A DNA stretch of 32,000 nt from Parasynechococcus marenigrum WH 8102 (GTDB taxonomy: Bacteria > Cyanobacteriota > Cyanobacteriia > PCC-6307 > Cyanobiaceae). Made by a program: the position numbers and the translations under genes. The notes under the pieces were generated by a model, which did not search any database, was not told the DNA's origin, and worked only from the letters and a program-made list of their open reading frames with translations. Of this stretch, positions 10,201 to 18,077 are shown piece by piece. Each line of letters begins with the position of its first letter. The stretch's first letter is position 1. The stretch lies in assembly GCF_000195975.1 (NCBI RefSeq), contig NC_005070.1:2040001-2072000 (forward strand), given 5' to 3'.

Positions 10201-10664
10201 GAGTATTCAGTTTTGGAGGGATCTTCGTTGACGAAGTTGTAAACGAGCAGAATCGAGTTGGAGGCCTTGTTGACCGTCACACCCGATTTGCGCACCTCTT
10301 CAGGCAACTGGGGCTCTGCCAGGGAAACGCGGTTCTGCACATTCACCTGGTTGATGTTGCCGTCGGTGCCGCTTTCAAACGACACCGAGATCGAACTCAC
10401 ACCATCCGACGAACTGTTGGAGGTGATGAAGTCCATGTTCTCGACCCCGTTGATCTGCTGCTCGAGCACGGAGGTCACACCCTGTTCCACAGCTACCGCA
10501 TCAGCGCCCACGTAGGTGGACTGCACCTTCACCGTGGGAGGTGCGATATCAGGCAGGTTTTCGATCGGCAGGATCGGGATTGCGATCAACCCGACGATCA
10601 CAATCAACAGACTGCAGACCGTGCTGAGAACCGGCCTGGTGATGAAGTTATTGGAAGCAGACAT
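7233..10664 (-). CDS. RND efflux transporter permease (AcrB/AcrD/AcrF-like) with an unusual insertion
   Basis: 1143 aa with the characteristic N-terminus MSASNNFITRPVLSTVCSLLIVIVGL..., two large periplasmic loops, and conserved TM4 (GLVVDDAITVVE) and TM10-12 regions. It is about 100 aa longer than classical AcrB because of an insertion after TM6. Confidence 0.93.
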   Translation of the reverse strand: MSASNNFITRPVLSTVCSLLIVIVGLIAIPILPIENLPDIAPPTVKVQSTYVGADAVAVEQGVTSVLEQQINGVENMDFITSNSSSDGVSSISVSFESGTDGNINQVNVQNRVSLAEPQLPEEVRKSGVTVNKASNSILLVYNFVNEDPSKTEYSVETISGYLDKNLTDNVKRVKGVGDVTYFGNRKIAFRLWLDPEKLTANNLSATDVVQQLKSQNRLVPAGKIGGAPAPEGQEYTFTVQLQGRLTTVQEFENIVLRTTDAGGLVRLKDVGRVELGGETYGIDAMDLKGTPSVGIAIYQLSGSNAIEVSNGVKDVLDVFEKTLPVGLGVQKIYDTTDFINQSIKGVTNSLRDAVILVVLILFLFLQNWKATLVPAIAIPVALIGTFALVLAFGFSLNQLTLFGLVLATGLVVDDAITVVEDTSAKKAEGMTSVQAAMETMDELFGAVIATSLVKMAVFLPVLFFPGATGTIYKQFAATILFSIGISTFNALTFSPMLSALLLSRETKELSRNQYATAGVVLGFMYGLLSAGNGAAAALIPTVIGAVIGFIAGKITGLPLRLPFTAGGAAVGVVTTGVIFSNPIPVVLFTAIGLVVGYFVPVIFSNFNRFYGGFEKRYASILDAVLKARPIGMAALAAGILLTGFAFTHIPGGFVPIEDQGYAIGFVQAPDGVSNEKTLAINRQVADVLRSEEDIASAALFSGASLDGNAPNKGLFFIGMNHWDERPGNDHTVGAVVKRLNAKMYSAIDAGRVFVVEPPSIPGYGTGGGFEFQLLDQSSGAYTLNEFFGTAQQIMQAGNANPVLNRVYSLFSPQAPQYKIDVDREQMASLGVDFGSAMSAFSVNFGGAYVNDTFQEGKVRRVYVQADEVSRATPQRLSAIYVPNSQGEQVPLSEFFTVKQTVGPSVIPHFNLYRSIKIEGTPNEGNSSGQAIGAMKQIFNTGSYQGLGFDWTGISREEVKAGSLAVVIFALGILAVFLVLSAQYESYSDPIIILLTVPTALLGALVFLGGAGQVLNIYAQVGLVMLIGLAGGNAILIVDLANQKMGEGESALEAAKFSAKSRLRPILMTAISSLTGFLPLMLASGAGAQSQSSLGLVVFGGLLVATFLSTLVVPVFYVVLKSLLGQADAKPQDDAPSPTAQPS

Positions 10665-10673
10665 CGTTCAACC

Positions 10674-11792
10674 TCAGTTCGCCTTGGCGGGTTGCACCTG
10701 CACGGGCATGCCGTGTTTCAGGTTGAGCAGATTGGTGGTGGCCACCTTCTGATTGGCCTCAAGCCCTTTGGTGATCGGGTAAAGCTGATTTTCGAGTTCG
10801 CCCACCGTGACGGGGGTCTGCAGAGCGAACTGGGCATCAGCCGGCAATTTGCCCGCCTTGATTCCATTCTCAAGCTTCTCCAGATCAGCCTTACCGGGGT
10901 TCTCTTTGAGCTCCTCAAACGTGCCGAGTCGGAACACAAAGCTCTGTCCAGAGGTCTGCGTCACCGCTGCAAAGGGAACCGACAGCTCTTGTTGCGCATT
11001 GATCTGTACCCGAGTGCGCAGGCGCTGGCCATCGCGCAGCTTGCCGTCTTCATTGGGGAATACCGCTTTCACCAGCAACCCCTGGGTCTTTTTGTTGACC
11101 CGGGGATCAATCGAATCAACCTTGCCTGTGGCGATCACGTTCTCGCTGCCAGGAGCACTGAGCAACACCGGCTGTCCGAGGGCCAGACGATTGGAGTACA
11201 CCGCAGGCACTTCCACGCGGGCTTCAAGCTCGTTGTTCTGCACGAGGCTGGTGAACACCTGGCCCGTCTGGATCACGTCACCCAGCTTGACGGTGACATC
11301 TGCCACAGTCCCTGAAGAAGGAGACCGCAAGTTGTTGTAGCTCAAGGTGGCTTCTGTGGACTTCACCGTTTCCATCGCAGCGATGTACTGGGTGCGGTAG
11401 CGATCCAGCTCCTTTTGAGACGCGGCACCGGTTTTGGAGAGGTATTGATAGCGCTCGTAGTTCGCGCGCGCCGTCTCGGATTTAGCCTTGTCCTCCGCCA
11501 ACCTGGCCTGCTGCTGAGCCTGATCCAGCACCACCAGCAGCTGACCGGGATCGACTTCATCGCCCTGCTTGATCTTCAGCTCAAGGATCCGACCACCCGA
11601 CTGAGCTGCCAGTTCCACCAGATTGCTGGCCTCAAGCGTGCTGACGGTGTCGACGCCTTCAGTGAAATCCGCCATCTGGGTGGACACGGCCTGAACCTTC
11701 GGCGGCGGCGGCTGCTTGGGGGCTTCTCCCTTACAAGAACTGACGGTGACCAGAGCGGCAAGGGAAAGAAGCAGTCGCTGCGGATGACGCAC
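10674..11792 (-). CDS. RND efflux periplasmic adaptor (membrane fusion protein), lipoprotein
   Basis: GTG start. The signal peptide has a lipobox (LAALVTVSS|C). It has a biotinyl/lipoyl-like motif (KQGDEVDPGQLLVVLD), a coiled-coil hairpin and beta-barrel regions typical of the AcrA/HlyD family. A 9-nt gap separates it from the pump gene, and a GAGG lies upstream of the pump ATG. Confidence 0.9.
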   Translation of the reverse strand: MRHPQRLLLSLAALVTVSSCKGEAPKQPPPPKVQAVSTQMADFTEGVDTVSTLEASNLVELAAQSGGRILELKIKQGDEVDPGQLLVVLDQAQQQARLAEDKAKSETARANYERYQYLSKTGAASQKELDRYRTQYIAAMETVKSTEATLSYNNLRSPSSGTVADVTVKLGDVIQTGQVFTSLVQNNELEARVEVPAVYSNRLALGQPVLLSAPGSENVIATGKVDSIDPRVNKKTQGLLVKAVFPNEDGKLRDGQRLRTRVQINAQQELSVPFAAVTQTSGQSFVFRLGTFEELKENPGKADLEKLENGIKAGKLPADAQFALQTPVTVGELENQLYPITKGLEANQKVATTNLLNLKHGMPVQVQPAKAN

Positions 11793-11836
11793 AGAGTTCA
11801 GGCCTTTGGCCGGATTATGTGCCGAAAGTCACGGGG

Positions 11837-14092
11837 ATGCAGTATCCCCGCGAGAAGTGCTCTATTGGGACCGTCGATGCCGATTCCTTGAGTCAGGACC
11901 TCTTTACCTATCAGGGAGAACAGCGGCGTCGGCAGCAGGCCCCCCTGGCCGACCGCATGCGTCCACGCACCCTGGAGGAATTCGAAGGTCAGCAAGGGAT
12001 CCTGGCCCAGGGACGCCTGCTGAGGCGGGCCATCAAAGCTGACCGGGTCGGCAACCTGATCCTGCATGGCCCACCTGGTGTGGGCAAGACGACCCTGGCG
12101 CGGATTGTTGCGAACCACACGCGGGCTCACTTCAGCAGCCTCAACGCCGTGCTCGCTGGCGTGAAGGACCTGCGCGCAGAAGTGGACGCCGCCAAGCTTC
12201 GCCTCGAACGCCATGGCCTGCGCTCGATCCTGTTCATCGACGAGGTGCACCGCTTCAACAGTGCGCAACAGGATGCCCTGTTGCCTTGGGTGGAGAACGG
12301 GACGGTGACCCTGATCGGCGCCACCACCGAGAACCCCTATTTCGAAGTCAACAAAGCACTCGTGAGCCGCTCACGCCTGTTCCGGCTGCTGCCGCTAGAG
12401 CCGGATGATCTGCATCAGCTGTTGCAGCGTGCCCTCAACGATGAGGAACGGGGGTACGGCACCCGTCGGGTGACGGTGACTCCGGACGCAGCTGCTCATC
12501 TGGTGGATGTGGCAGGGGGCGATGCCCGCAGCCTGCTCAATGCCCTGGAACTGGCGGTGGAAAGCTCCGAGCCGGAGCCCGATGGAGTGATCCAAATCAA
12601 CCTGGCGATCGCGGAGGAATCGATCCAGCAGCGGGCAGTGCTCTACGACAAGCAGGGCGATGCTCACTACGACACCATCAGCGCCTTCATCAAGTCTCTG
12701 AGGGGGTCCGACGCCGATGCCGCCCTGTTCTGGCTGTCACGGATGGTGGAGGCCGGAGAAAACCCCCGCTTCATCTTCCGGCGGATGTTGATTGCTGCGG
12801 GGGAGGACATCGGCCTGGCCGATCCCCAGGCCATCGTGGTGGTGGAAGCCTGCGCCGCAGCCTTCGAGCGGGTCGGCCTGCCGGAAGGCCTGTATCCCCT
12901 GGCCCAGGCCGCCCTCTACCTGGCGGGGACCGAGAAAAGCAACAGCGTGCTGGGCTTCTTCGACGCCCTCAAGAGTGTGCGAGAGGCGAACCGTCAGGAC
13001 GTGCCCAGCCATCTGCGGGACGCCAATCGCGATGGTGATTCCTTCGGCGATGGCGTCGGTTACCGCTACCCCCATGCCTATGCCGAGCATTGGGTGGAAC
13101 AGCAGTACCTACCCACGGCACTGCAAGGGGAAGTGTTCTGGCAGCCAGGCCAACTGGGCTGGGAGGGGGAACGCCGGGAGCGCATGGCCGAGCGCCGTGC
13201 CGCACAGCTGGCAGCGGCGGCTGAACTGGCATCGGAGCAGCCATTGCTACTAAGCAGTGGTCCCGACAGTCCGGCGATGGAACGCTGGATTCAGCGGCAG
13301 TTGGGACAGGAGGGCGAACGTCTGCACCTACTGCGACGACGGCTCTGGGCGGGAGTGAGCTGGCAGCGCCAGGACCGGGTGTTGCTACTGGGCTGCCATT
13401 CCCTGCTCTGGGCGCTGGATCCATTGCGCCAGGTGCCGGAAGGGGGCGTCACCCTGATCTGTCCAAGCCCTGACGATCGCCAGCGACTGGCGGCACAGAT
13501 CGACCTGCTGGAACCGGAGCGGCAGCCTCAGCTCTTGGATGGGTTCGACGCGCTGCCATCCGATCAGGTTTTTGATTGGATCGGCGGGCGACTGGGCACG
13601 GTGGATCTGCTGGAGACAGACTGGACCGAGCTGGCTCAGACCTTGACGGACCATGCCGACAGCAACGCCAGCCTGCGTCTGCTGATCAGCTGTGCTGGGT
13701 GTGGACCTGCAGGTGCCCTCAGCGCATCACACATTGCCGAGACCTCCCTGTCCCAGTTGGTTGAGCAGGAACAAAGCTGGCTGCAACAGCTCCAGATCCA
13801 GACTCAGCCGCTGGAGGAGCAGGGCTGGAGCCTGAACACCGATCAATGGGACGAGGTGCTGACATTGCCTGGGGGCAAGTCGTTGGCTGAGCGATGGCTG
13901 GCCAATGACTCTGATTACCGGCGCATGCTCGGCAGCATCCAACCGGAACCACTGCAGCTGCTGCGAACAACCCTGGAAGGACTTGGGTCAGAGGGTCTGC
14001 GGTTGCCGATGCGGCATCAGCTACTCGCAGGGAAGCGAAGTCAGCCAACAACAGAGCATCGAGTATTGAGCCCCCAAACTGAGCGGGCATAA
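11837..14092 (+). CDS. rarA: Replication-associated recombination protein RarA (AAA+ ATPase) fused to a ~290-aa C-terminal domain of unknown function
   Basis: Contains [17 protein letters not shown], Walker A (GPPGVGKTT), Walker B ([11 protein letters not shown]) and the MgsA C-terminal region (...[28 protein letters not shown]...). About 290 further residues have no RarA counterpart. Possible starts are ATG at 11837 or GTG at 11819. Confidence 0.88.
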   Translation: MQYPREKCSIGTVDADSLSQDLFTYQGEQRRRQQAPLADRMRPRTLEEFEGQQGILAQGRLLRRAIKADRVGNLILHGPPGVGKTTLARIVANHTRAHFSSLNAVLAGVKDLRAEVDAAKLRLERHGLRSILFIDEVHRFNSAQQDALLPWVENGTVTLIGATTENPYFEVNKALVSRSRLFRLLPLEPDDLHQLLQRALNDEERGYGTRRVTVTPDAAAHLVDVAGGDARSLLNALELAVESSEPEPDGVIQINLAIAEESIQQRAVLYDKQGDAHYDTISAFIKSLRGSDADAALFWLSRMVEAGENPRFIFRRMLIAAGEDIGLADPQAIVVVEACAAAFERVGLPEGLYPLAQAALYLAGTEKSNSVLGFFDALKSVREANRQDVPSHLRDANRDGDSFGDGVGYRYPHAYAEHWVEQQYLPTALQGEVFWQPGQLGWEGERRERMAERRAAQLAAAAELASEQPLLLSSGPDSPAMERWIQRQLGQEGERLHLLRRRLWAGVSWQRQDRVLLLGCHSLLWALDPLRQVPEGGVTLICPSPDDRQRLAAQIDLLEPERQPQLLDGFDALPSDQVFDWIGGRLGTVDLLETDWTELAQTLTDHADSNASLRLLISCAGCGPAGALSASHIAETSLSQLVEQEQSWLQQLQIQTQPLEEQGWSLNTDQWDEVLTLPGGKSLAERWLANDSDYRRMLGSIQPEPLQLLRTTLEGLGSEGLRLPMRHQLLAGKRSQPTTEHRVLSPQTERA

Positions 14093-14899
14093 TTCCTCAC
14101 AAACACAGATACAACATGAGAATTAACCGGGATTCTTGACTTCATCTAGCAAGCCATCAATATGCAGCCACATCCCTTACGATACAAGCAGGCAGGAATA
14201 TGTACCAAGTCAAAAGGGATGCAGCTTGTTTTTTGTCAACCTTTTCAGGAGCACAAATCACTAAACCATCACCAGTCAATCGGAAGTCAACAGGTAGGTT
14301 ATTAATAATTCCAACCGAAGAAAGCTTGCCACCAGTCGAGGCCTTAATTATGGCCGAACGCATAGCGAAAACCGCAGAATCATTCGCACCATTGGGAGGG
14401 TAATAAGAATAAGTCTGCTTTGAAAGAAAATCTATACCTTCTCGACTGTACAAATATCGAGCAACTCTTGCAACGTCAACAATATAAACCTTTTTCATGC
14501 CGAAACGAATTTCATCTGCTGTCCATCCAGAGTTCCTTACACTGGCAAAAAAAGAGCGGTCAGCGATCTCACCTGTCTCTAAAAAATGCTTGAACACATG
14601 TGAATTGCTTATCCAAGCAGCACCTCCTGTGTTCCAACGAACAAGGCGCTGCGGGAAAGATGGAGGAGCAGCCATCAAAACCAAGGAAGCAGCTGCTGCT
14701 AGGCCAGTAGCAAGGCGATTGAACACAGACGAGAACTAAAGCTATAAACTGAATTCAACACTAATCCCGAAGATAAAAAACAGCACATAAAAACCAGCCC
14801 GCCCGCAAGCACTTAATCGTTGAGCAGCTATGGGATTTACGACCGCAGCATGGGGCCCATATCCCCTACCGACTTGGACCATGCAGGCTTCGATTTCGG
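14093..14899. other. Low-GC islet, a putative horizontally acquired insertion carrying one gene
   Basis: Hand counts of 60-nt lines give about 40-45% GC here, against about 60-68% in flanking genes. The enclosed ORF uses A/T-ending codons, unlike every other gene in the window. No integrase, tRNA or clear flanking repeats were seen. Confidence 0.6.
14157..14726 (-). CDS. Secreted DUF1400-like protein (cyanobacteria-specific domain)
   Basis: 189 aa with a GTG start and an N-terminal signal-like segment (FNRLATGLAAAASLVLMAAPPSFP). The body (..FKHFLETGEIADRSFFASVRNSGWTADEIRFGMKKVYIVDVARVARYLYSREGIDFL...AMRSAIIKAS..LSSVGIINNLP) resembles the DUF1400 domain pattern as I remember it. Codon usage is AT-rich. 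Confidence 0.6.
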   Translation of the reverse strand: MFNRLATGLAAAASLVLMAAPPSFPQRLVRWNTGGAAWISNSHVFKHFLETGEIADRSFFASVRNSGWTADEIRFGMKKVYIVDVARVARYLYSREGIDFLSKQTYSYYPPNGANDSAVFAMRSAIIKASTGGKLSSVGIINNLPVDFRLTGDGLVICAPEKVDKKQAASLLTWYIFLPACIVRDVAAY

Positions 14900-15412
14900 T
14901 CATTCGAGCTGCTTGACATCGAGCAATGTCCACCCTTCCGGACATCTTTTATGGTTGCGCTCGCTGATCTGATCTTTCCGGCCGCGACAAGACCAACTGG
15001 TCAACCGACCCCCTCGTCGTTCGACCCCCGCCAGGAATGCTTCAGAACCGCGCCGGGGCATCACATTCAAAGTGGTCGTCAATCGATCGCGATCCACACG
15101 GGTGTCTAGGCGCTGCGGAACCGTCAGCCCGAGATCAGCCAGCGATGGCGAAAAACCTCCCCAGTAATGACGTGCCATCTGGCCACGGATGAACTCCTTC
15201 ATCAACAGCTGGGCATCGCGCCGCTGATCCAGTTCGATTTCGCGCTCGGCCAACTGTTCCGTCAACCGGATTCGTGAGCCCCCTGTCGTCTCCCAGCTGC
15301 CCGGCGTCATGGATGGCCGCGGATCAGACGTCAGGCCCAACGCTCCGATGACCACCAACGGGGTGGCTGCCATCAGGGTCGCCAGCGAATGCGTCCACGG
15401 CTGCTGGGCCAT
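14900..15412 (-). CDS. Hypothetical membrane-anchored or secreted protein with weak resemblance to cyanobacterial pilin-like G/H family proteins
   Basis: GC-rich codon usage and an N-terminal hydrophobic segment (LATLMAATPLVVIGALGL). The central part (LMKEFIRGQMARHYWGGFSPSLADLGLTVP...) and the C-terminal Cys pair resemble pseudopilin-like proteins, but there is no canonical prepilin leader. ATG at 15412 is preferred, and the ORF track starts at TTG 15424. The gene lies 13-25 nt downstream of the PPTase gene on the same strand. Confidence 0.5.
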   Translation of the reverse strand: MAQQPWTHSLATLMAATPLVVIGALGLTSDPRPSMTPGSWETTGGSRIRLTEQLAEREIELDQRRDAQLLMKEFIRGQMARHYWGGFSPSLADLGLTVPQRLDTRVDRDRLTTTLNVMPRRGSEAFLAGVERRGGRLTSWSCRGRKDQISERNHKRCPEGWTLLDVKQLE

Positions 15413-15437
15413 CACAACAGCCAAAACAACAGATATT

Positions 15438-16121
15438 TCAAGCTAGGCAGATCGGACCAACCTGTCCTGCAGCGCCTGCAACTGCCATCAGCCAGCCCTC
15501 CAGCTGCAGGCGATGGACAGGTACGGGATGCTCCAGATCAGGATGAAGACCCTGGCAAGCATCAGCACCACAACGCCAACGGCTCAGATCCAATGCCAGG
15601 CTGCCGCGTTGCATCTTGATCAGCGCTTCCTTCGCCACCCACTGCTTCAGCACCGCCATTCGCAGTGTTTCTCCTGCCAAACCGTCGAGCTCGCGTCGAT
15701 CCTCAGCGCAATAAAAACGATCCGCCAACGCTGCCGCCGGGAAACAACGATCGCAGCGTTCCAGATCCACACCCACAGCATCGGGAGACCAGGCCACCAA
15801 CACCGCATCGCAGCAATGACTGAGACTCAGGCAGCCCCAGCCATCGGCCAAGGTCGGCGGCTCGCCCGGTGGTGCCTGCAACGGCACCGTGGCTGGATCA
15901 ACCTCGAAGCAGTCGGCGAGGCAGCGCCGCATCCAGAGCCGGGAGCGGCGGAACGCAACGGCCCGAGACATGGCCATGCCATCCATCCAACCCGCTTCCA
16001 CAGGCGAGAGTTCCACATCGGACGGGAGATCCTGATGTTCCGGGATCAGCCACAGTGCCGTTACGCTTCGGCTCCCAAGCAGCGGCGGCTCCAGTGGCTC
16101 TCCAGATCGGCGATCCGGCAC
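15438..16121 (-). CDS. 4'-phosphopantetheinyl transferase, Sfp/HetI type
   Basis: Contains the PPTase motifs GVDLERCDR and WVAKEALIKMQ (W/F-x-x-KEA-x-x-K). The GTG start at 16121 is the only start codon upstream of the conserved N-terminal region. Confidence 0.8.
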   Translation of the reverse strand: MPDRRSGEPLEPPLLGSRSVTALWLIPEHQDLPSDVELSPVEAGWMDGMAMSRAVAFRRSRLWMRRCLADCFEVDPATVPLQAPPGEPPTLADGWGCLSLSHCCDAVLVAWSPDAVGVDLERCDRCFPAAALADRFYCAEDRRELDGLAGETLRMAVLKQWVAKEALIKMQRGSLALDLSRWRCGADACQGLHPDLEHPVPVHRLQLEGWLMAVAGAAGQVGPICLA

Positions 16122-16561
16122 CCGATTTCTCGCTCCCCAATCAGGACGGCGACCTTGTACAGCTGTCGTCGTTGCGAGGACAACGGGTCGTCATCTACTT
16201 CTATCCCAAAGACGACACCCCTGGCTGCACCAAAGAAGCCTGCAATTTCCGTGATCGCTGGGATCGCTTTGAACAGCACGGCATCAAGGTGCTGGGCATC
16301 AGCAAGGACAACGCCACGTCCCACACCAAATTCATCAGCAAGCATGAGCTTCCCTTCACGCTTCTGACCGATGTGGAACCTTGTGAGGTCGCCAGTAGCT
16401 ACGAGAGTTACGGGCTGAAAAAGTTCATGGGCCGTGAGTACATGGGCATGATGCGCCACACCTTCGTTGTGGATGCGGATGGCAAGCTCGAGAGGATTTA
16501 CCTGAAGGTGAAGTCCGCCACCATGGCTGACACCATCCTCAGCGACCTGGAACTGGCTTGA
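16094..16561 (+). CDS. bcp: Thiol peroxidase / peroxiredoxin Bcp (PrxQ)
   Basis: (V)ALQIGDPAPDFSLPNQDGDLVQLSSLRGQRVVIYFYPKDDTPGCTKEACNFRD is a canonical Bcp N-terminus with the peroxidatic Cys motif. The GTG at 16094 gives the usual start. The ORF track start at 15869 lies antisense inside the PPTase gene. Confidence 0.9.
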   Translation: MALQIGDPAPDFSLPNQDGDLVQLSSLRGQRVVIYFYPKDDTPGCTKEACNFRDRWDRFEQHGIKVLGISKDNATSHTKFISKHELPFTLLTDVEPCEVASSYESYGLKKFMGREYMGMMRHTFVVDADGKLERIYLKVKSATMADTILSDLELA

Positions 16562-17237
16562 TCACAGGGATCAAGTCGACCATGGCCTGCAGCTGCAGGT
16601 TTTGATTCGTCTGAGCTGATACACCCCGACGGGTCAGCTCCTGCTCCAGCCAGGGGGCGTCGCCACCACAGATCCAGAGGCACGCCCCACTGTTTTGGTA
16701 AGCGTCCACAACGGCAGCTGCCAGTCCCTGCATCACCCCTTGGCACATCGCCTCTGCGGTGCCGCTGGGGAACAGATCATCGGTTCGCTGTTGACGAGCC
16801 ACGGAGGGCAGCAAGGCCGTCCCCGATGCCATCGACTGAAGCTGCAACCGCAATCCAGGCATCAGACGGCCGCCGCGAAAGCGGCCATGGGCGTCGAGCA
16901 GAGTGAGGCTGAGAACGGTGCCGGCATCGGCCAGCAACAGCCCCTGATCCAGGTCACCGCCTTGGAAACGTTGGCGTCGCCAGGCACCCCAGGCCCCGAG
17001 GGCACGATCGACACCCAGCCAGGGCGGACAACCCTCCAGGGGCACATTCTCAAGTTGTAGTCGGGACTCCTGGGCGCCCTCCAGAGCTGCCGGCACCTCT
17101 CCCACGGCCGCCCAGATCAGGTTGGTGGTGTCGATCCACCGCGGATCAGGCGCGGCATGGTCAAAACTCCAGCGCTCTCCTCGCTGGGTGGCCCAGTGCC
17201 AGCGGCTGTTTCCGATCAGCAGGGCACGGGAGTCCAT
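16539..17237 (-). CDS. coaX: Type III pantothenate kinase
   Basis: MDSRALLIGNSRWHWA... and ...LLADAGTVLSLT... are typical of CoaX/Baf family proteins. ATG at 17237 is preferred over the ORF track start at 17300, which would overlap cysH. The 3' end overlaps bcp by 23 nt in convergent orientation. Confidence 0.85.
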   Translation of the reverse strand: MDSRALLIGNSRWHWATQRGERWSFDHAAPDPRWIDTTNLIWAAVGEVPAALEGAQESRLQLENVPLEGCPPWLGVDRALGAWGAWRRQRFQGGDLDQGLLLADAGTVLSLTLLDAHGRFRGGRLMPGLRLQLQSMASGTALLPSVARQQRTDDLFPSGTAEAMCQGVMQGLAAAVVDAYQNSGACLWICGGDAPWLEQELTRRGVSAQTNQNLQLQAMVDLIPVIKPVPGR

Positions 17238-17242
17238 CGTGC

Positions 17243-18019
17243 CTAGATCCCATCCCCCATCAAGCCTTCCACGGCCTCCTGGGGAACGTGGATCCCACAT
17301 TCCTGTTTCAGGCCCCCGAAACGGGTGTTACGTCCGCTGAGCTCAGCGCCATCCGGAGCACTGGAGTGCCAATCCCCCACGGTTGAGTATCCCTGCTCGA
17401 ACAACGGGTGTTGCGGCAGGTTGTTGTCCTGCATGTAGTAGTAGATGTCCTTCTGGGTCCAATCCAACAGCGGACGCAGAGACAGCCGCTCTCGGATCGG
17501 GTCCAGCACGGTCATCGCGCGGCGGTGGTCAGTCTGGCCGCGACGCACGCCACTGGCCCAGCAGCTCACCTCCAGTTGCGCCAAAGCCCGATCCAGGGGC
17601 TCCACCTTGCGGATCTGGTGGTATTTCTCAAGATCATCGAGCTGTCCGGTGTCCCAGAGGCGGCCATGCAGAGCCTCCATCCGAGCCGGCGACATGGCGC
17701 TTTGAGCCACCACCAGGCGGATGCTGAGCAGCTTCGTGAGCTGGGCGCCATAGCGGTAGGTCTCCTCCGGCAGATAGCCAGTGTCCACCCAGATCACAGG
17801 AACGGCGTCACCCTCCGGCAGTTGACTGAGCATGTGCAGCAGCACCGCCGATTGGATGCCGAAGCTGGTGGTGAGAGCAAATCCGGATCCGAAGCGCTGG
17901 TGTGCCCAAGCCAGTCGATCTTGAGGACTCAACGGCTCCAGGCTGCCGCGGTCCGCATCGAGATTGTCCCGAACCAACACGCCCGTCATGCCGCGGACCC
18001 CATCCATCACCTGCCCCAT
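17243..18019 (-). CDS. cysH: Phosphoadenosine phosphosulfate (PAPS) reductase, thioredoxin-dependent
   Basis: PAPS reductase fold signature (...FALTTSFGIQSAVLLHML...) and the C-terminal ECGIH motif. It lacks the CC...CxxC iron-sulfur motif of APS reductases. Alternative in-frame ATG starts exist at codons 5 and 11. Confidence 0.88.
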   Translation of the reverse strand: MGQVMDGVRGMTGVLVRDNLDADRGSLEPLSPQDRLAWAHQRFGSGFALTTSFGIQSAVLLHMLSQLPEGDAVPVIWVDTGYLPEETYRYGAQLTKLLSIRLVVAQSAMSPARMEALHGRLWDTGQLDDLEKYHQIRKVEPLDRALAQLEVSCWASGVRRGQTDHRRAMTVLDPIRERLSLRPLLDWTQKDIYYYMQDNNLPQHPLFEQGYSTVGDWHSSAPDGAELSGRNTRFGGLKQECGIHVPQEAVEGLMGDGI

Positions 18020-18077
18020 CTTCCCCTGCCGCCTGATGAGAAAGGCTGCCTAAGGTTTCAGCACTTCCTGCTGTTCC

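Noticed and set aside
13541-13550. tRNA T-arm-like strings: GGGTTCGAC at 13541 and GTTCGAATC near 23584.
   Set aside because: Both lie inside well-supported coding regions (rarA and ktrB). Neither has the surrounding acceptor, D or anticodon stem complementarity.
14091-14106. ATTCCTCACAAACAC just after the rarA stop, reminiscent of the conserved Yfr1 sRNA motif (ACUCCUCACAC).
   Set aside because: The match is only partial. I could not find the two flanking stable stem-loops or the terminator that define Yfr1.
14742-14945. A 67-aa minus-strand ORF spanning the AT-rich spacer and the end of the neighbouring gene.
   Set aside because: It overlaps the 3' end of the GC-rich gene 14900..15412 in another frame. 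It has mixed composition and nothing supports it.
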